Below, one piece after another: positions 24,270 through 36,825 of a stretch of DNA of 64,000 bases (positions within the stretch are counted from its first letter, which is position 1; each line of letters opens with the position of its first letter). The translations under genes and the position numbers were made by a program. A model generated the notes under the pieces. The model saw only the letters and a program-made list of their open reading frames with translations. It searched no databases and had not been told where the DNA came from. The stretch comes from Octopus bimaculoides (lineage: Eukaryota), in contig NC_068981.1 in NCBI RefSeq assembly GCF_001194135.2, forward strand, positions 134,301,718 through 134,365,717. Reading direction: 5' to 3'.

Positions 24270-24890
24270 GTCAGAAGTTTAAGTCCAGGATCAACATCCA
24301 AATTCATCTTTCCTCATTTTTGTTATATCTAATGGCGGCTGTTAGCTAACTATTGTAAACTAAATTAAAAAAAAAAAAATTTTGCTAAAGTTTGTGCGTG
24401 AGATTTTCTTCATTTTTTTGTTATTTAAGATTCAGGTTATGAACAAAATTTCATCTTTCATAAGATGAAAGCTTTAACAAGTTATTTACAGAGAAGCACA
24501 TTTAACTTCAATGAAACTTGTTGCATATTTTTATTGACTTCAGAACACTTTTGAGATTGTCTGATATAATAGGTTTTCATAAGAAATGAAAAAACTATAA
24601 TTTCAACAAGCCTCATCCTAGGTATGCACTAGTGATTGAACTTGCATAGTCATGAACATAAGGATGTTAACTATCTCCTTTTTTGTTCAACTTGTAGAAT
24701 CTCATAGAAAAATGTATTGACTGACACCTTCATAACTTTTGGGGATTGACCATTATCCTACTAGCCAAAAGGGTTAGTATCTTACAGTAGATATCACATC
24801 CAAACTATAAACACATGAGTTCAAGTGTTTTAATAAGCTTTTTCACAGTTGTCAATTGGGCTGCAAATCAGCAAATAGTTATTCTTTCAG

Positions 24891-25127
24891 AAAAGAAAGG
24901 AATCATTGCTTGGAACAGAAATAAACACATCACCTGACAGTCATCTTTGCCTGGCAGAATATGAGGATAGAGCATTATTTGAAGAGAAAGACCCAGAAAT
25001 TCATCTTAAAAAAAGATATGAACTTGAAGCTATTTCTAGTACTCTTCAAACCTTTATGGATGGTAGTGAACAGAGAACATTGGAAGACTGTCTATGGAAA
25101 CTGTCAAGATATGTCTCCCAAGAATGA
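24891..25127 (+). CDS. Candidate terminal coding exon, product unknown
   Basis: Acceptor ttattctttcag, then 78 open codons KRKESLLGTE...YELEAISSTLQTFMDGSEQRTLEDCLWKLSRYVSQE* with G-rich first and A/T-rich third positions. AATAAA lies just after the stop. No family recognised. Confidence 0.45.
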   Translation, partial: KRKESLLGTEINTSPDSHLCLAEYEDRALFEEKDPEIHLKKRYELEAISSTLQTFMDGSEQRTLEDCLWKLSRYVSQE

Positions 25128-25794
25128 GCTAAATAAAATGAAAGTGTGTATGTCATTAAACCTTTCATAATCAAAGGGGAAAAACCCCTCAGAAGCTAAG
25201 GAATTTTGTGGCGGTCAGTGTCAGGAAAAATTATAAGTGAATCCATGAGTTTGGTTAAGCCTACCAAATAGAAAATTCCTCTTCTCTCCACATTTACTTC
25301 AATTCACACACTTTTACAATTTAAGTTAGTGTTAACTTAATCTTGTGGGTATTAAACAGTAATCTAATTAAAAATAATCATGTGGTAAAGAAAAGACAAC
25401 ATTAGCTCAATAACTAATAGAATTTTGGCAAATATGGGAAACAATTTTGGAAAATTTTCAGTCTTATTAGATCTCATCAGTGAAGCATTGATTTTACTGT
25501 ACTGAGCTGAAGAAGTGATAGAGAAACACTAAATAGATGTTCTGTATTGTATATACCTGAAACTGTATTACTAAAGTAAACTTTTGCATTTTAGTTACAT
25601 TTAGTCTTGTTTTGTATTTCCAATCACATATTTCTTGTTATTAACTTGACATTGATTCAAATATGATATATATTTTTCAATAATGATCTAATTTCTTATT
25701 ACTGAGTGTTAGGATGCTTTAACGTTGACAATAGTATAAACAATATATTGATGGTTAAATTTTTTCCCTCTCCTCATATATTTATGGTGAATGT

Positions 25795-26050
25795 GTGTGA
25801 CAAAGTGGTTAGAGTACTGCACTCACAATTGCAAGATTGTGGTTTCAGTTCTAGGACCAGGCAGTGTATTGTATTCTTTTCACATTGCTCCAGTTCACTT
25901 AGTCGTAAATGAGTAACCCTGTAATGATCTGCCATCATGCTCAAGGTGAGTGTTGTGATCTCAGTCACTTGTACCCTGTGGAAACTGTGTAACTGACCCT
26001 ATGAATCCTAAGACTTGAGACAGTAATATCGAGTGGTTGAAGATGATGAC
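25795..26050 (+). mobile_element. SINE-F (tRNA head, CORE-like block), diverged
   Basis: aagtggttagagtactgcac...cacattgctccagttcacttag..aaatgagta; related to 35840-36092. Confidence 0.55.
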
Positions 26051-27565
26051 ATAGTCATTAGATGCTTCCTAAATCTGAAATGGAACTTTCTTCTATTTTT
26101 CTTATTTCTTCATTGAATACCATGTGATGGGGTTTAAAATCAGCCTGAACACTACCCATTTCTTTCCATTAAAGAAATATTTGTAAACATATTCCAAAAC
26201 TTTGTATAGACTATGATTATAATTACTTACAAGACAGAAAAGAACTTTTTAATGATATTTTTTCATTCATAAGAATATAAAGATTTTGTGTATTCATAAA
26301 TTTAATTTTCATTGTTGAACTTTACAATTCTTTTCCAAGTAAGTTCTCCTTTAAAAATATTGACAAACTTTTGATGAATGGAAACAAATTAGTTTAACAA
26401 TTAATTATCAATAGTTTTATTCTAATTTTTTTGACACTTGTTTCCAAAATACCCATTCATTTAATTTCCATCAAAAATGAATTTCTTCATTAACACTTCT
26501 TTTTTGTCTAACAGTTCCTGATGTTAATATAACTTTATATGAAAATAATACGGTCTTTCAGTGTTCACTTGTCTTAATGAAATTAGTGAAATGTTTTGCT
26601 TCAATACTCTCTATATATATTTATACAGTTATGAAAACACTTATATAACTGTATTATACAATAGATGGAAAAAACATTGTTTCACATCTATTTTCTTTTA
26701 ATGTTACACACATGCATATAAATGTATGTATACACTTGTGTGTGTCTTTGGGTTCATGTTTGTCCCCCATTACCAGTATTGACTTGTTTATATCTCCATT
26801 TCTTAGTGGTTTGGCAAAACTTATTTTATGTTCAAACTGACGAGATCCAGCCTCTTACACCTATCATACAATGTCATTCTAAAAATGAATAATCACATCA
26901 TTGAAATCTTGAAGTTATGTGGTAGTGTATGATATTTGAAAGAGTAATCGGAATGCTAAAAGGTTAAATCTTTAATATGACAAATGTGTCAGAAAGGAAG
27001 CATTCAGCTGGCTACCTAACCTAATAGAAATAACAGCAAAAATTCTCTCAAACCTCACTCTACCATCTTAAAGTCAGATTAGATAATGTATTTCTATATA
27101 CCTCTAAAAAGATGGCAAAGTTTAGCTGGTCATAGCTAGAATGTGTTTGCTCAGTTGGGGGTGGACCAGATGCTAAATAGCCACAGCATTAGTGAAGTTG
27201 GATAAGTTAGCAAGTCAAATACTTTCATACTACTACATTTAGATGAAAGAATCAACACTTACACTTTCCTTTAAATTTCCTCTCATTAGAATGTTATAAC
27301 AATGAGCTTGCAAGAAATGGTTTGTTGAAATTTCACATTGAACTAGGAATGGACAAAAAATTTCATCTGTGTTTTTTACTTATGAATAACAATAAATAAG
27401 TTAGGAAGAGTTTTGTATAAAGTTAATTGGGATTTTATCCACTGTAATGTATTTGTGTTATCATGAACAGATATTATTTAATTTATGACAAACCATTAAA
27501 AGCACAAATTAGGTTATCCATCATGATTCTAGTCAATTCATGACCACTCTCCTCAATCAGTAACA

Positions 27566-27614
27566 TAGTTCTTTTCCCAATCAATAGCTATGCTATTGAT
27601 TGGGAAAAGAACTA
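27566..27614. other. Perfect 23-bp inverted repeat with 3-nt loop
   Basis: tagttcttttcccaatcaatagc-tat-gctattgattgggaaaagaacta. Confidence 0.95.
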
Positions 27615-28009
27615 GGTCAATCTTCTCTGAGTAGTGGTCAAGAAACAGTAAAAGGCTCAGGCAGTGGTTTCACTCCCTCTTTTTTTTTTTTTTATAAATA
27701 TCAATAATGTAGAAAGAATGTGTTGACACTTTTATTTAACCCACAGTATGGCTTTATAATATTTAAATATATTTCAGTTCTGATTTATGCTATGTTGTGC
27801 ACAAATAGATTTTGTTAGCAAAATATTTTATTTAGAAAGGAATTAAAAAAAAAAATAACTTGATTTACAAATCCATTAAATTTATTTTCTATTTTGATTT
27901 TCTCAGAATTAAAGTCAACTTAAAGATTTCAGTAAGAATCTTTTAATTTAAATTACTTTACAATATAAACCAAAAATATGTTTTTCAATTTTGATATACC
28001 ATATAAGTG

Positions 28010-28376
28010 CAGACATGGTTGTGTGGTTAAGAAGTTCTTTTCTGATCCACATGAATTTAAATTTAGTTTCACTGTATGGCACAAGGCACCATGGATGAGT
28101 ATCTTCTATTAGTGCTCTGAACTGATTAATGCCTTATAAGTACATTTGGTTGATAGAAAGTAAAAAAGCCTGTTGAATATGTGTGTGTGTGTTTTTCAAA
28201 TGAGTACACTATCATATAAGCAGTGTCCTTTGTGTCCTATCTTCAATGAAAACAACTGACCCTGGAGAAAAATTACCTTGCTTGAAAACAGGTGAGGGTT
28301 GGCTATAGGAAGGGTGTCTGGCCACAGAAATCTGACTCCAAGAATTCTTCTGAATTATGCAAGCATGGAATAGTGG

Positions 28377-28408
<32 letters not shown>

Positions 28409-28420
28409 ATTTGCACTTCG
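28010..28420 (+). mobile_element. SINE-A with tail C
   Basis: Head gtgtggttaagaagttc, (TG)n, then aaattaccttgcttgaaaacaggtgagggttggc module. Confidence 0.7.
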
Positions 28421-28539
28421 TCAAAAATTGCTGAGCTTCAAGTGATGGCATTGTCAACAACTCATCTGTTGGATTTATGTCTGCAAGACATTTAGAATGA
28501 AATATCTCTTACTTGAAAAAATAGAAATACTAAGAGATG

Positions 28540-28572
<33 letters not shown>

Positions 28573-28890
28573 TGTTTTCTATGCTGGCTTGGATTGGACA
28601 GTTTGACAGGAACTGGCCTGCTGGGGAGCTGTCCAGACTCCAAATTGTCTGTTGTGGCATGGTTTCTACAGCTGGATGCCCTTCCTAATACCAACCAGTT
28701 TACAAAGTGTGGTGGGTGTGACTACACATACTGGCATGAGTGCCTTTTACATGGTACCGGCACCTGTAAAGTACAAGCTTGTATGTATGGATGACAGCGA
28801 TTGTTTTTAGCTTGATGTGTCTTCTCAAGTATAGCAAATCACCACAACTCCCAATCTCTTGTCATTTCCTCAGTGAGGATCTATATATAT
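28540..28890 (-). mobile_element. SINE-V
   Basis: (cat)n tail and reverse-complement V-like core. Confidence 0.7.
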
Positions 28891-30674
28891 AACAATGCTT
28901 CAATTATATATTCAACTAACCCATGCTTTGATGGGAAAATGAATATGAAATGAGCAAACAAACAAGCTTACTTGATACATGAAAAGCACAAAGAATTGTG
29001 TACGTGTGTCTCAATGCATTGAAACAAATAATTATTAATGGAAAATAGATTGATAATGGTTAATAGTTTTTAATAATGATTCACAAAATAAAGTTCAGAG
29101 TACAATTTTACCACTTTACCACCTCTAAATAATTATTGGTATACAATTTATACACCAGCATAGAATACAAGTAAAACATCAATTTTGTGGAACTTTTGGT
29201 TCCAAAGCCTTTCTGGGTTACTGATTTTTCTGAACTAGAGTTGGTCACCTTGGTCAATGCACTTCGAATTTAGCAAATATTAAATTTACATAAATAAAAT
29301 ACAGGAATCTATACATTAGTGTAAATGAAATAAGTATATTAATACTGTAATATGCAAGGTACAAGTCTGTAGAAGGTACCACTAAAATAGTCTGACAACT
29401 GTGGTAATTTGAAGTTCCTGTTTATAAATTAATCTCTTAGTATTTAAGCAAGCCATATAATATTCTACCTGTTTTATGTTAAAACTGACCACATTCAACC
29501 TCTTACACCTACCCTACAATGTCATTTTAAAAATAATGAATGACATCTTTGAAATCTCACAAGGATGAAGTAAGGCATGATTTATTCAAAACAATGTGAA
29601 TAAATTTGCATTGTATTTGATGGAGTAATCTGAGTGCTACAGTGTTCATGTAGACTATAAGAGGCTCCTGACCAACAGTATCCGTGATTTTCGGTTCTTC
29701 AGGAATTAAAGAAATAAGTATGGGCATATATTTTCATTACAATAAATAAATAAAAATGAAATAAAGTGCTTGTGTATAGGAAAGAATCGTATAAGCATAA
29801 TTCTTTAACTAATTGCACCACCTCACAAAATTTTCCACAGGCTTTTAGACTAATTATATTTCTTCTTGGAGAAAGAAAATAATCATTTTGTTAGTAAGCT
29901 ATACTAATGATTAATGCTTTATCCATTCTGCAATATTTTCGTATGTGAAATAGTATTTTTATATGATTTGTTGATATAGTGATGCATTATTTGATATTGC
30001 TCATACCATTATTGTAGAGCTTTCATTCAATTTCAAATAAAGTCTGCTGAAGTGGATGAAGTTTTAATTGAATTCATCAAAGCATGGATGCATTCCATCA
30101 ATTTTAGTGCTTTTTTTTGTTTTTTGTTTTTGGAAGATTTGCTGACAAAGGTAGTTAAATATTGCTGTCTACTTGAGTCTTTTGATTGATTGGACACAAC
30201 TGATTAAAGTGCTTCTTATAGTTATTTGGTTCAATGATGCTTGGATCGTGCAAATATGAAATCAGTGAGTTGTAAGACTTCACAAATGTATTGGATGCAT
30301 CTTGAAAGAAAAAAAAAAAAGAGTATTAGGCTGTAACAGAATAGTGATGCTAACACTGTAATTAGAGCAGTTGCTATATCTTAATTTAGGGATAATGGAG
30401 TTCAAGATGTCAAAACACAGAAAGTTGTTGAAATCTTAGTGCTTAAATATTAATGCTACATAATGGGTTAGATTTCAAAAGAGAACCAAGCTAATTGATA
30501 AGTACTATTAAATACAAAGATATTTAATGTTGATTTTTAAAATGCTATCTTAACATATATATATATGTTATATCATATTTGATGGCATATTAGTTACACC
30601 CCAATTTCAAGTGTGCATATTCTAGAAAAATATTTTGATACATTAAAGTATGTAATATAGGGCTGGTGAGGAGG

Positions 30675-30895
30675 GATAAGGTGGAGAGCTGGTAGAATCA
30701 TTAGCACACTGGGGCATAATGTTTTGTGGTATTTCATCCATCCTTATACTCTGAATCCAAATTCTGTTGAGGTCAACTTTACCTTTCATCCTTTTGGAGT
30801 TGATAAAATAAGTACCAGTTGAACACTGGGGTCGATGTAATCAACTTACCCCACCCTGCAAAATTGATGGCCTTGTACCAAAATGTGAAACCAAT
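30675..30895 (+). mobile_element. SINE-M
   Basis: Head, core and tail gaaaccaat, running into a gap. Confidence 0.75.
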
Positions 30896-31536
30896 NNNNN
30901 NNNNNNNNNNNNNNNNNNNNNNNNNNNNNNNNNTATGTGACTTTTTTGAGATATTTGATATTCTTTAGGGAGGAAAATATATATTTATATATTTTCTTAT
31001 GTATTTCTATTTGCTGTTCGCTTTGAATAATTTTGTTTCCTTGACAAGATTCCATTATTATTATTATAGTATGATCCTAACTTCTCCACAACTAAGATGA
31101 TTTTTACTCCTCTTCTCTTGATTCAAATGAAATACTTCATTTACTAACTAACCTTGAAAGTCTAATAAAAATTATTTCCTAATCTCCTCATTTGCTAGGC
31201 TACATTTTGCAATTAACCATACCCACATGGAAGTATATGATTGATTGTAAATGCATTAAGCAGTTGGTATTTAGTATTGCCTAAATTAAGATGCATCTCT
31301 TATTTTACTAATGGCTTGATTATGTGTTACAGCTATTTTAATCTTATGAAAGCATTTTAACCTTTTAGCATTTTACATTTGTATAAATTCTGTTTTGAAA
31401 ATATATAAATTATATAATGCAAGACTAATTTCTACACCATTATGAAATGTACATGAAGTCTGAAGATTCGTAANNNNNNNNNNAGATTCGTAATCATTCA
31501 TTCGTTCGTGAGAGTGAGTGAGTGAGTGAGCGAGCA

Positions 31537-31579
<43 letters not shown>

Positions 31580-31589
31580 ATGAGAATAA

Positions 31590-31790
31590 AATGCCCTGAG
31601 TACTTGGTTACAACCAGGGAACTCAAAGGAAAAAGACCTGGAGGAGACAGAAGGAGAAGGTACTCAATGGCCTTAGCAGCAGCTGGCTTCAAAGAAACCA
31701 GTCCATTAACATGCTAAATTGTGTGGAAGACAGAGAGGCATGGAGGTTCATGATTACTGATGTCTGTAGGTATACTATAGGAAGAAGAAA
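31590..31790 (+). mobile_element. RTE-clade LINE 3' end
   Basis: EYLVTTRELKGKRP(frameshift)RRQKEKVLNGL...CVEDREAWRFMITDV, cf. EHLVTTGKLEGKRPRGRQREK.LDGL...DREAWR.MI; gaagaagaa tail. Confidence 0.7.
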
Positions 31791-32129
31791 TAATAAATGT
31801 ATATAAATATGCACATAATTATTTAGAAAATATTATATCTTTTTAAAGCCATATATTTTGTTAGTGTGCTGGAAGAGGATATGGACAGATTTTTTTTCTG
31901 AGATGTATCATTCTATTAATCAGTTCATATTATGGAAAAATATTAACAAATGTATATCTGTATTTATTGACTTCAGCTGGAAGTAATCAGTAGGATGTTA
32001 TAGGCTAAGTCTTGTGGGAGATATATGTAAAATTCTTTCCAAACCACAGTAAAAATCTCTTTTGAGACTATTAAAAAAAGAAACCCAAGAAATTCTATGA
32101 TACAAGTCAGGAGGGTGGGCTGAACCAGT

Positions 32130-32330
32130 GACCTTTGCATGTCTTCTACAATTACTGTGGTTTACATATAGCTTGAACAGTTGTAAGTTGATAGATGTAA
32201 GGAAAATGCAGATGGGAAAGGAATTCCAGAGAAATGGGTAGCACATAGTTTCCATGGCATTGCCACAATTAGCCTGGTGAAAGGATGAGAGATAGCTGTT
32301 TTGAGTGGGTTTGGGTGGAATTCGTATGCA
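32130..32330 (-). mobile_element. CR1/L2-type LINE 3' end
   Basis: AISHPFT...FLWNSFPICIFLTSINLQLFKLYVN. Confidence 0.65.
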
Positions 32331-32544
32331 TGCACCCTCTGTACAGTGTTTAGTGACAGGAAAGACATCCAGTCATAGAAAACAAGCCAGAAAATGAAAT
32401 GCAACATAGAAGTGAGATATGGTCCCCAACCAATCTAGGATGGTAATAACTCTGCATAAACATGACTCAGAACATGACAACCTGTCCGTTCCATACCAGC
32501 ATAGAAAAGAGGATATAAAATGATGGTTTTACATACGCAATAAT

Positions 32545-32769
32545 CTCAGAGCTGGCAGAATCATTAGCACTCTGGATAAAATGCTTAGCAGTATTTTGCC
32601 CATTGCTACGTTCTGAGATCAAATTCCACGAAATTGACTTTGCCTTTCATCCTTTCAGGGTTGATAAATTAAGTACCAGTAAACACTAGGGTCAATGTGA
32701 TCAACCAGTCTCCTCCCTCCAAATTTGAGGCCTTGTGCCTCCAGTAGAAAGGATTATTATTATCATTAA

Positions 32770-32823
<54 letters not shown>

Positions 32824-33260
32824 AAAAGTGGCAAGCAGGCAGTCGTTACTTTGTGGCATATCATCTGACTTTACCTAGTTCAAATTCCATCGAGGTTGAC
32901 TTTTCCTTTCATCCTTTCAGGGTTAATAAAATAAGTACCAGTTGAGTACTGGGGTCGATGTAATTGACTTTGTCTCCTTCCCTAAAATTTCAGGCCTTAT
33001 GTCAAAATTTGAAATCATCATCATTGTTATTATTAAAGTGGCGAGCTGGCAGAATCGTTAGCACGCTGGACAGATTGCTTAGCAGTATTTCACTCATCAC
33101 TATGTTCTGAGTTCAAATTCTGCCAAGGTCGACTTTGCCTTTCATACTTTCACACTCGATAAATTAAGTACCAGTTGTGTACTGGGGTTGATCTAATCGA
33201 CTGGCCCCCTCCCCACAAATTTCAGGCCTTGTGCCCTGTAGTAGAAAGGATTATTATTAT
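32545..33260 (+). mobile_element. Three head-to-tail SINE-M copies separated by (ATT)n tails
   Basis: Copies at about 32545-32760, 32822-33030 and 33034-33260, with two different tail subtypes. Confidence 0.85.
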
Positions 33261-33317
33261 TGTTATTATTATTATTATAATAGTTATTATTTTTATTATT
33301 ATTATTATTATTATTAT

Positions 33318-33610
33318 ATCTTGTGGTTTGGTGACAACATGTCTCCTCAAATCTCAAGAAGCTTTCTTAAGATTCTTACAAAGTACAAAATTGTACTTTT
33401 CTGCAAGTTGACAGTGTGAGTATCAGTTTCAATATCTGTCAGTCTCTTAGGTAGCAATTTGCTGTGCCAAATGTTCCAATTACCACAGGAATAATTGTTG
33501 TCTTAGTCCTCCACACTCTCTTCATTTCTCTGACTAGGTCCTGATATTTCTCAATTAGTATTATTTGAAAACAAATCCTTGGCGTAATTGGCAGAACAAA
33601 GATATCCATA
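33318..33610 (-). mobile_element. R4/Dong-type non-LTR element 3' end (RLE domain)
   Basis: IEKYQDLVREMKRVWRTKTTIIPVVIGTFGT and NLQKSTILYFVRILRKLLEI* (stop 33347-33349), cf. EKYQDLA.EI.RLW.....IPVVIGALGT and LQKSALLGTARILRKVL; runs into (TAA)n. Confidence 0.75.
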
Positions 33611-34025
33611 ATGCAAAATAACTCTAGAGAATATGAATACTGAATTCCAATGCTAGCATGGTTAATCATTTGAACTGTTCTTCTCATACCAAATGTTAAC
33701 ACAGAATTATGTTTTTAACTCATTGACAAATATCTGTATCTGCAAGCAAACTAATGTTTACTGTCTACAGCAAGCAGTAGAAATGTCTGAGTTATGCTTC
33801 TGATCAGTTTAAGTGCTTATAGTTCAATAATCACAGTGGTAACTTGAAATTTTTATTTATATTTTTGTGCTACATTTTCATTTAGTTTGTAAATTGATTT
33901 ATTCTGTGACTGACCACTGGCTAAATTCACTAGTTTCCACTGCTCACCATAGCTTACTGAATACCACAGCATAACACCATGGTAGGTGGATATAAAGTGG
34001 TGATGATGATGATGATGTTAGACAC

Positions 34026-34072
<47 letters not shown>

Positions 34073-34074
34073 GG

Positions 34075-34490
34075 TATATGGCTGTGTGGTTAAGAAGCTC
34101 GCTTTGCAACCATGTGGTGCCAGGTTCAGTCCCACTGCATGGCACCTTGGGCAAGTATCTTCTGCTATAGCCTAGGGCAAACCAGTGTTTTGTGAGTGAA
34201 TTTGATATATGGTAACTGTGTGAAAGCCCAGCATGTGTATATATGTGTGTGTGTGCATATCTTTGTGTTTGTTTTTGCCGCTCCCCCTTACACACACACC
34301 TGACAAATGTTGTTGGCTTGTTTAACCACCATAACTTAGCAGTCCAGTGAAAGAGACTCATAGAATAAATACCAGACTTAAAAAATAAGTACTGGGGTCA
34401 ATTTGTTTTACTAAAACCCTTCAAGTCAGTGACCCAGTACAGCCACAGTCCATTGACTGCAACAAGCAATGGATAAGAGATTAAAAAGAT
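34075..34490 (+). mobile_element. SINE-A with tail B
   Basis: Full head, hinge and tail B. Confidence 0.8.
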
Positions 34491-34500
34491 ACGTTTGATT

Positions 34501-34715
34501 AAAGGCAGAGAGCTGGCAGAAATGTGAACATGCCAGGTAAAATGCTTAGTGGTATTTTGTCTGTCTTTACGTTCTGAGTTCAAATTCCTCTAAGGTCAAC
34601 TTTGCCTTTCATCCTTTCGGGTCGATATATTAAGTACTAGTTGCATACTGAGGTCGATCTAATCAACTGGCTCCCTCCCCCCAAATTTCAGGCCTTGTGC
34701 CTAGAGAAGAAAAGA
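34501..34715 (+). mobile_element. SINE-M
   Basis: TSD about aaagatac(g/a)tttgatta on both sides. Confidence 0.8.
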
Positions 34716-35390
34716 TACATTTGATTACAAAGTCATAGAAACACTGTACCTGAAAAAAAAAACAAAAAAAACCCAGCAGCAAAACACAAAAGATAATATG
34801 ATCACAGGTGTAATGCATTTAATCATAAGGCTAACTAACAAAAATACATACAACAAATCCACACTATGGAACAAACTGTTTTCAACGTCATTTAATGTTG
34901 GTTTTCCTGGTGTGCACAGTACTTGAACATGACTACTGCATAAGGAACATTTATAGAATTCAAAGCAATTCAAATTGTGTGTTACTGAACATGTTGGGTT
35001 ATAAACAACAATTTGTTTATTCTTTTACTTGTTTCAGTCATTTGACTGTGACCATGCTGGAGTCAAGCTTCGATATAACAAGAAGTCAGACGGATGTCTT
35101 GTGTCTTACTCTCCATCCCACATGTCTCCTCCTGTTCTGTTTAGTCCATTCTGGATGAGACAAATGGGATGGACAGTCACTGAAGAGGTCACAGGGTGTT
35201 TGACAAAAGATTTCAGAATAAGACACTAAAATGAGAATAATAGTAAAGCTGAAGTGAAGACCGAGTATATAGTACATCTAGTTATTTCGCAAAAAAAAAC
35301 CCAAAAAACAAAGACCATCCCCAAATATAACAACAAATTTTAATTATTGTATGTATGCTATACTTCCTGATATTATCCATGGTGTATTAA

Positions 35391-35611
35391 CCCTTTAGTA
35401 TTCAGATTACTTCATCAACTGTAATCCTTATTTATTCACATTGTTTAAAATTAATCATATATTATCTCGTAGCTTTGAGATTTCATTGATGTGATTGTAA
35501 TATTTCTAAAATGATATTATAGGGTTGGTGTGAGAGGCTGAACCTGTCTGGTTTAAACATGAAACAGACAAAATATTTTGGTCAGATATAGCTGGCTTAA
35601 ATGCTAAAGGG
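35391..35611. mobile_element. piggyBac-type MITE family 2, complete
   Basis: TTAA at 35387-35390 and 35612-35615; TIRs ccctttag(t/c)att. Confidence 0.85.
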
Positions 35612-35614
35612 TTA

Positions 35615-35832
35615 ATAATAGTTTCAAATTTTGGCACAAGGTCAGCAGTTTTGAGGGAGGGGCTAAGCCAGTTATATTGACTCCATGTTCAACTGTTACT
35701 TATTTTATCAACCCCAATATGATGAAAGGCAAAGTTGACCCTGACAGCATTTGAACTCAGAACATAAAGTCGGAAAAAATACTGCTAAGTATATTTTCTG
35801 GTACATTAATGATTCTGCCAGCTCACCACCTT
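35615..35832 (-). mobile_element. SINE-M
   Basis: Reverse complement of head, core and tail. Confidence 0.75.
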
Positions 35833-35834
35833 AT

Positions 35835-36092
35835 AAGAAGAAATGTTTCCTTCTCAAGCCATGCCAAGCTCATAGGAGCTGGTTTCCTGGTTTCAGTGAT
35901 GTATATATTCCCTACCTGGATGGGATGCCAATCTGTCGCAGGGTTACTTATTTTTGCCAGCTGAGTGGACTAGAGCAACATGAAATGAAGTGTTTTGCTC
36001 AAGAGCACAACGCACCGCCCGGTCCAGGAATCGAAACCACAATCTTACGTTCATGAGTTCAACACCCTAACCACTAAGCCACATGCCTCCAC
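35835..36092 (-). mobile_element. SINE-F inserted at the head of SINE-M
   Basis: Flanks tcaccaccttat and ttaccgccttat (12 bp, 2 mismatches); tRNA head gtggaggcatgtggcttagtggttaggg; CORE-like block. Confidence 0.75.
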
Positions 36093-36569
36093 TTACCGCC
36101 TTATTGTGTATTAATATTATTGTAGCAATTGTAGTGATAAATTCGTTTGGTACAGTTTGGTATAAAACTTTAACTTATCGGATTTCCTAGAGATTAATGC
36201 AAAAGAAAAAATAATATACTAAATAAACTTACTCTGCTAATGAATAGCTTAACTGAAAATAAGCATCTAAAGAAAATATTCATTACAATGAATATTAACT
36301 GTTGTAGAGCATTTTTCAGCTATAACCAACTATTCTGCTATTTACTTTTACTTCTCCTCTTCCTCTGTCTCAAACATCCTTTTACTCATTGCCTCTTGCC
36401 AAGCCTAGCATGTGTACCAATCCTGCACTCCTTATGTTAACACTCTTTGTATTTCTCTTTTACTCTTTCTATACAATGTCAAGTGTGACCAGAGAAATCA
36501 TCCAATCAGCCAATATTTGTATTGACTATTTTTATATAGAGACATGTGCATATAGATATTTTCTTTATC

Positions 36570-36825
36570 TTTTTTCCTTTACTTGTTTCAGTCATTGGAG
36601 TGTGGCCATGCTGGGTCAATATCTTGAAGGATTTTAGTTGAACAGATTGACTCTGCTAAGTTATGGGGATACAAACCAACACTGGTTGTCGAGCATGGTG
36701 AGTAGGGGGTGACGGCACAGAAACAAAGATACACACGCACACACACATTTGATGGGCTTCCACACAAATTCACTCATTAGGCATTGGTCAGCCTGGGACT
36801 GTGGTAGAAAATACTTGCCCAAGTT
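36570..36825 (-). mobile_element. SINE-A with tail B
   Basis: Reverse-complement modules. Confidence 0.7.

Noticed and set aside
24256-24330. Minus-strand first-exon alternative MNLDVDPGLKLLTFIYS with donor CAG/gtaaga
   Set aside because: No downstream minus-strand exons could be linked. It overlaps and competes with the + candidate, lowering confidence in both.
26515-27400. Phase-1 acceptors with short open frames (VPDVNITLYENN; ECYNNELARNG)
   Set aside because: No convincing donors and no recognisable homology.
31462-31493. 10-bp direct repeat agattcgtaa
   Set aside because: Also flanks a 10-N gap; artefact.
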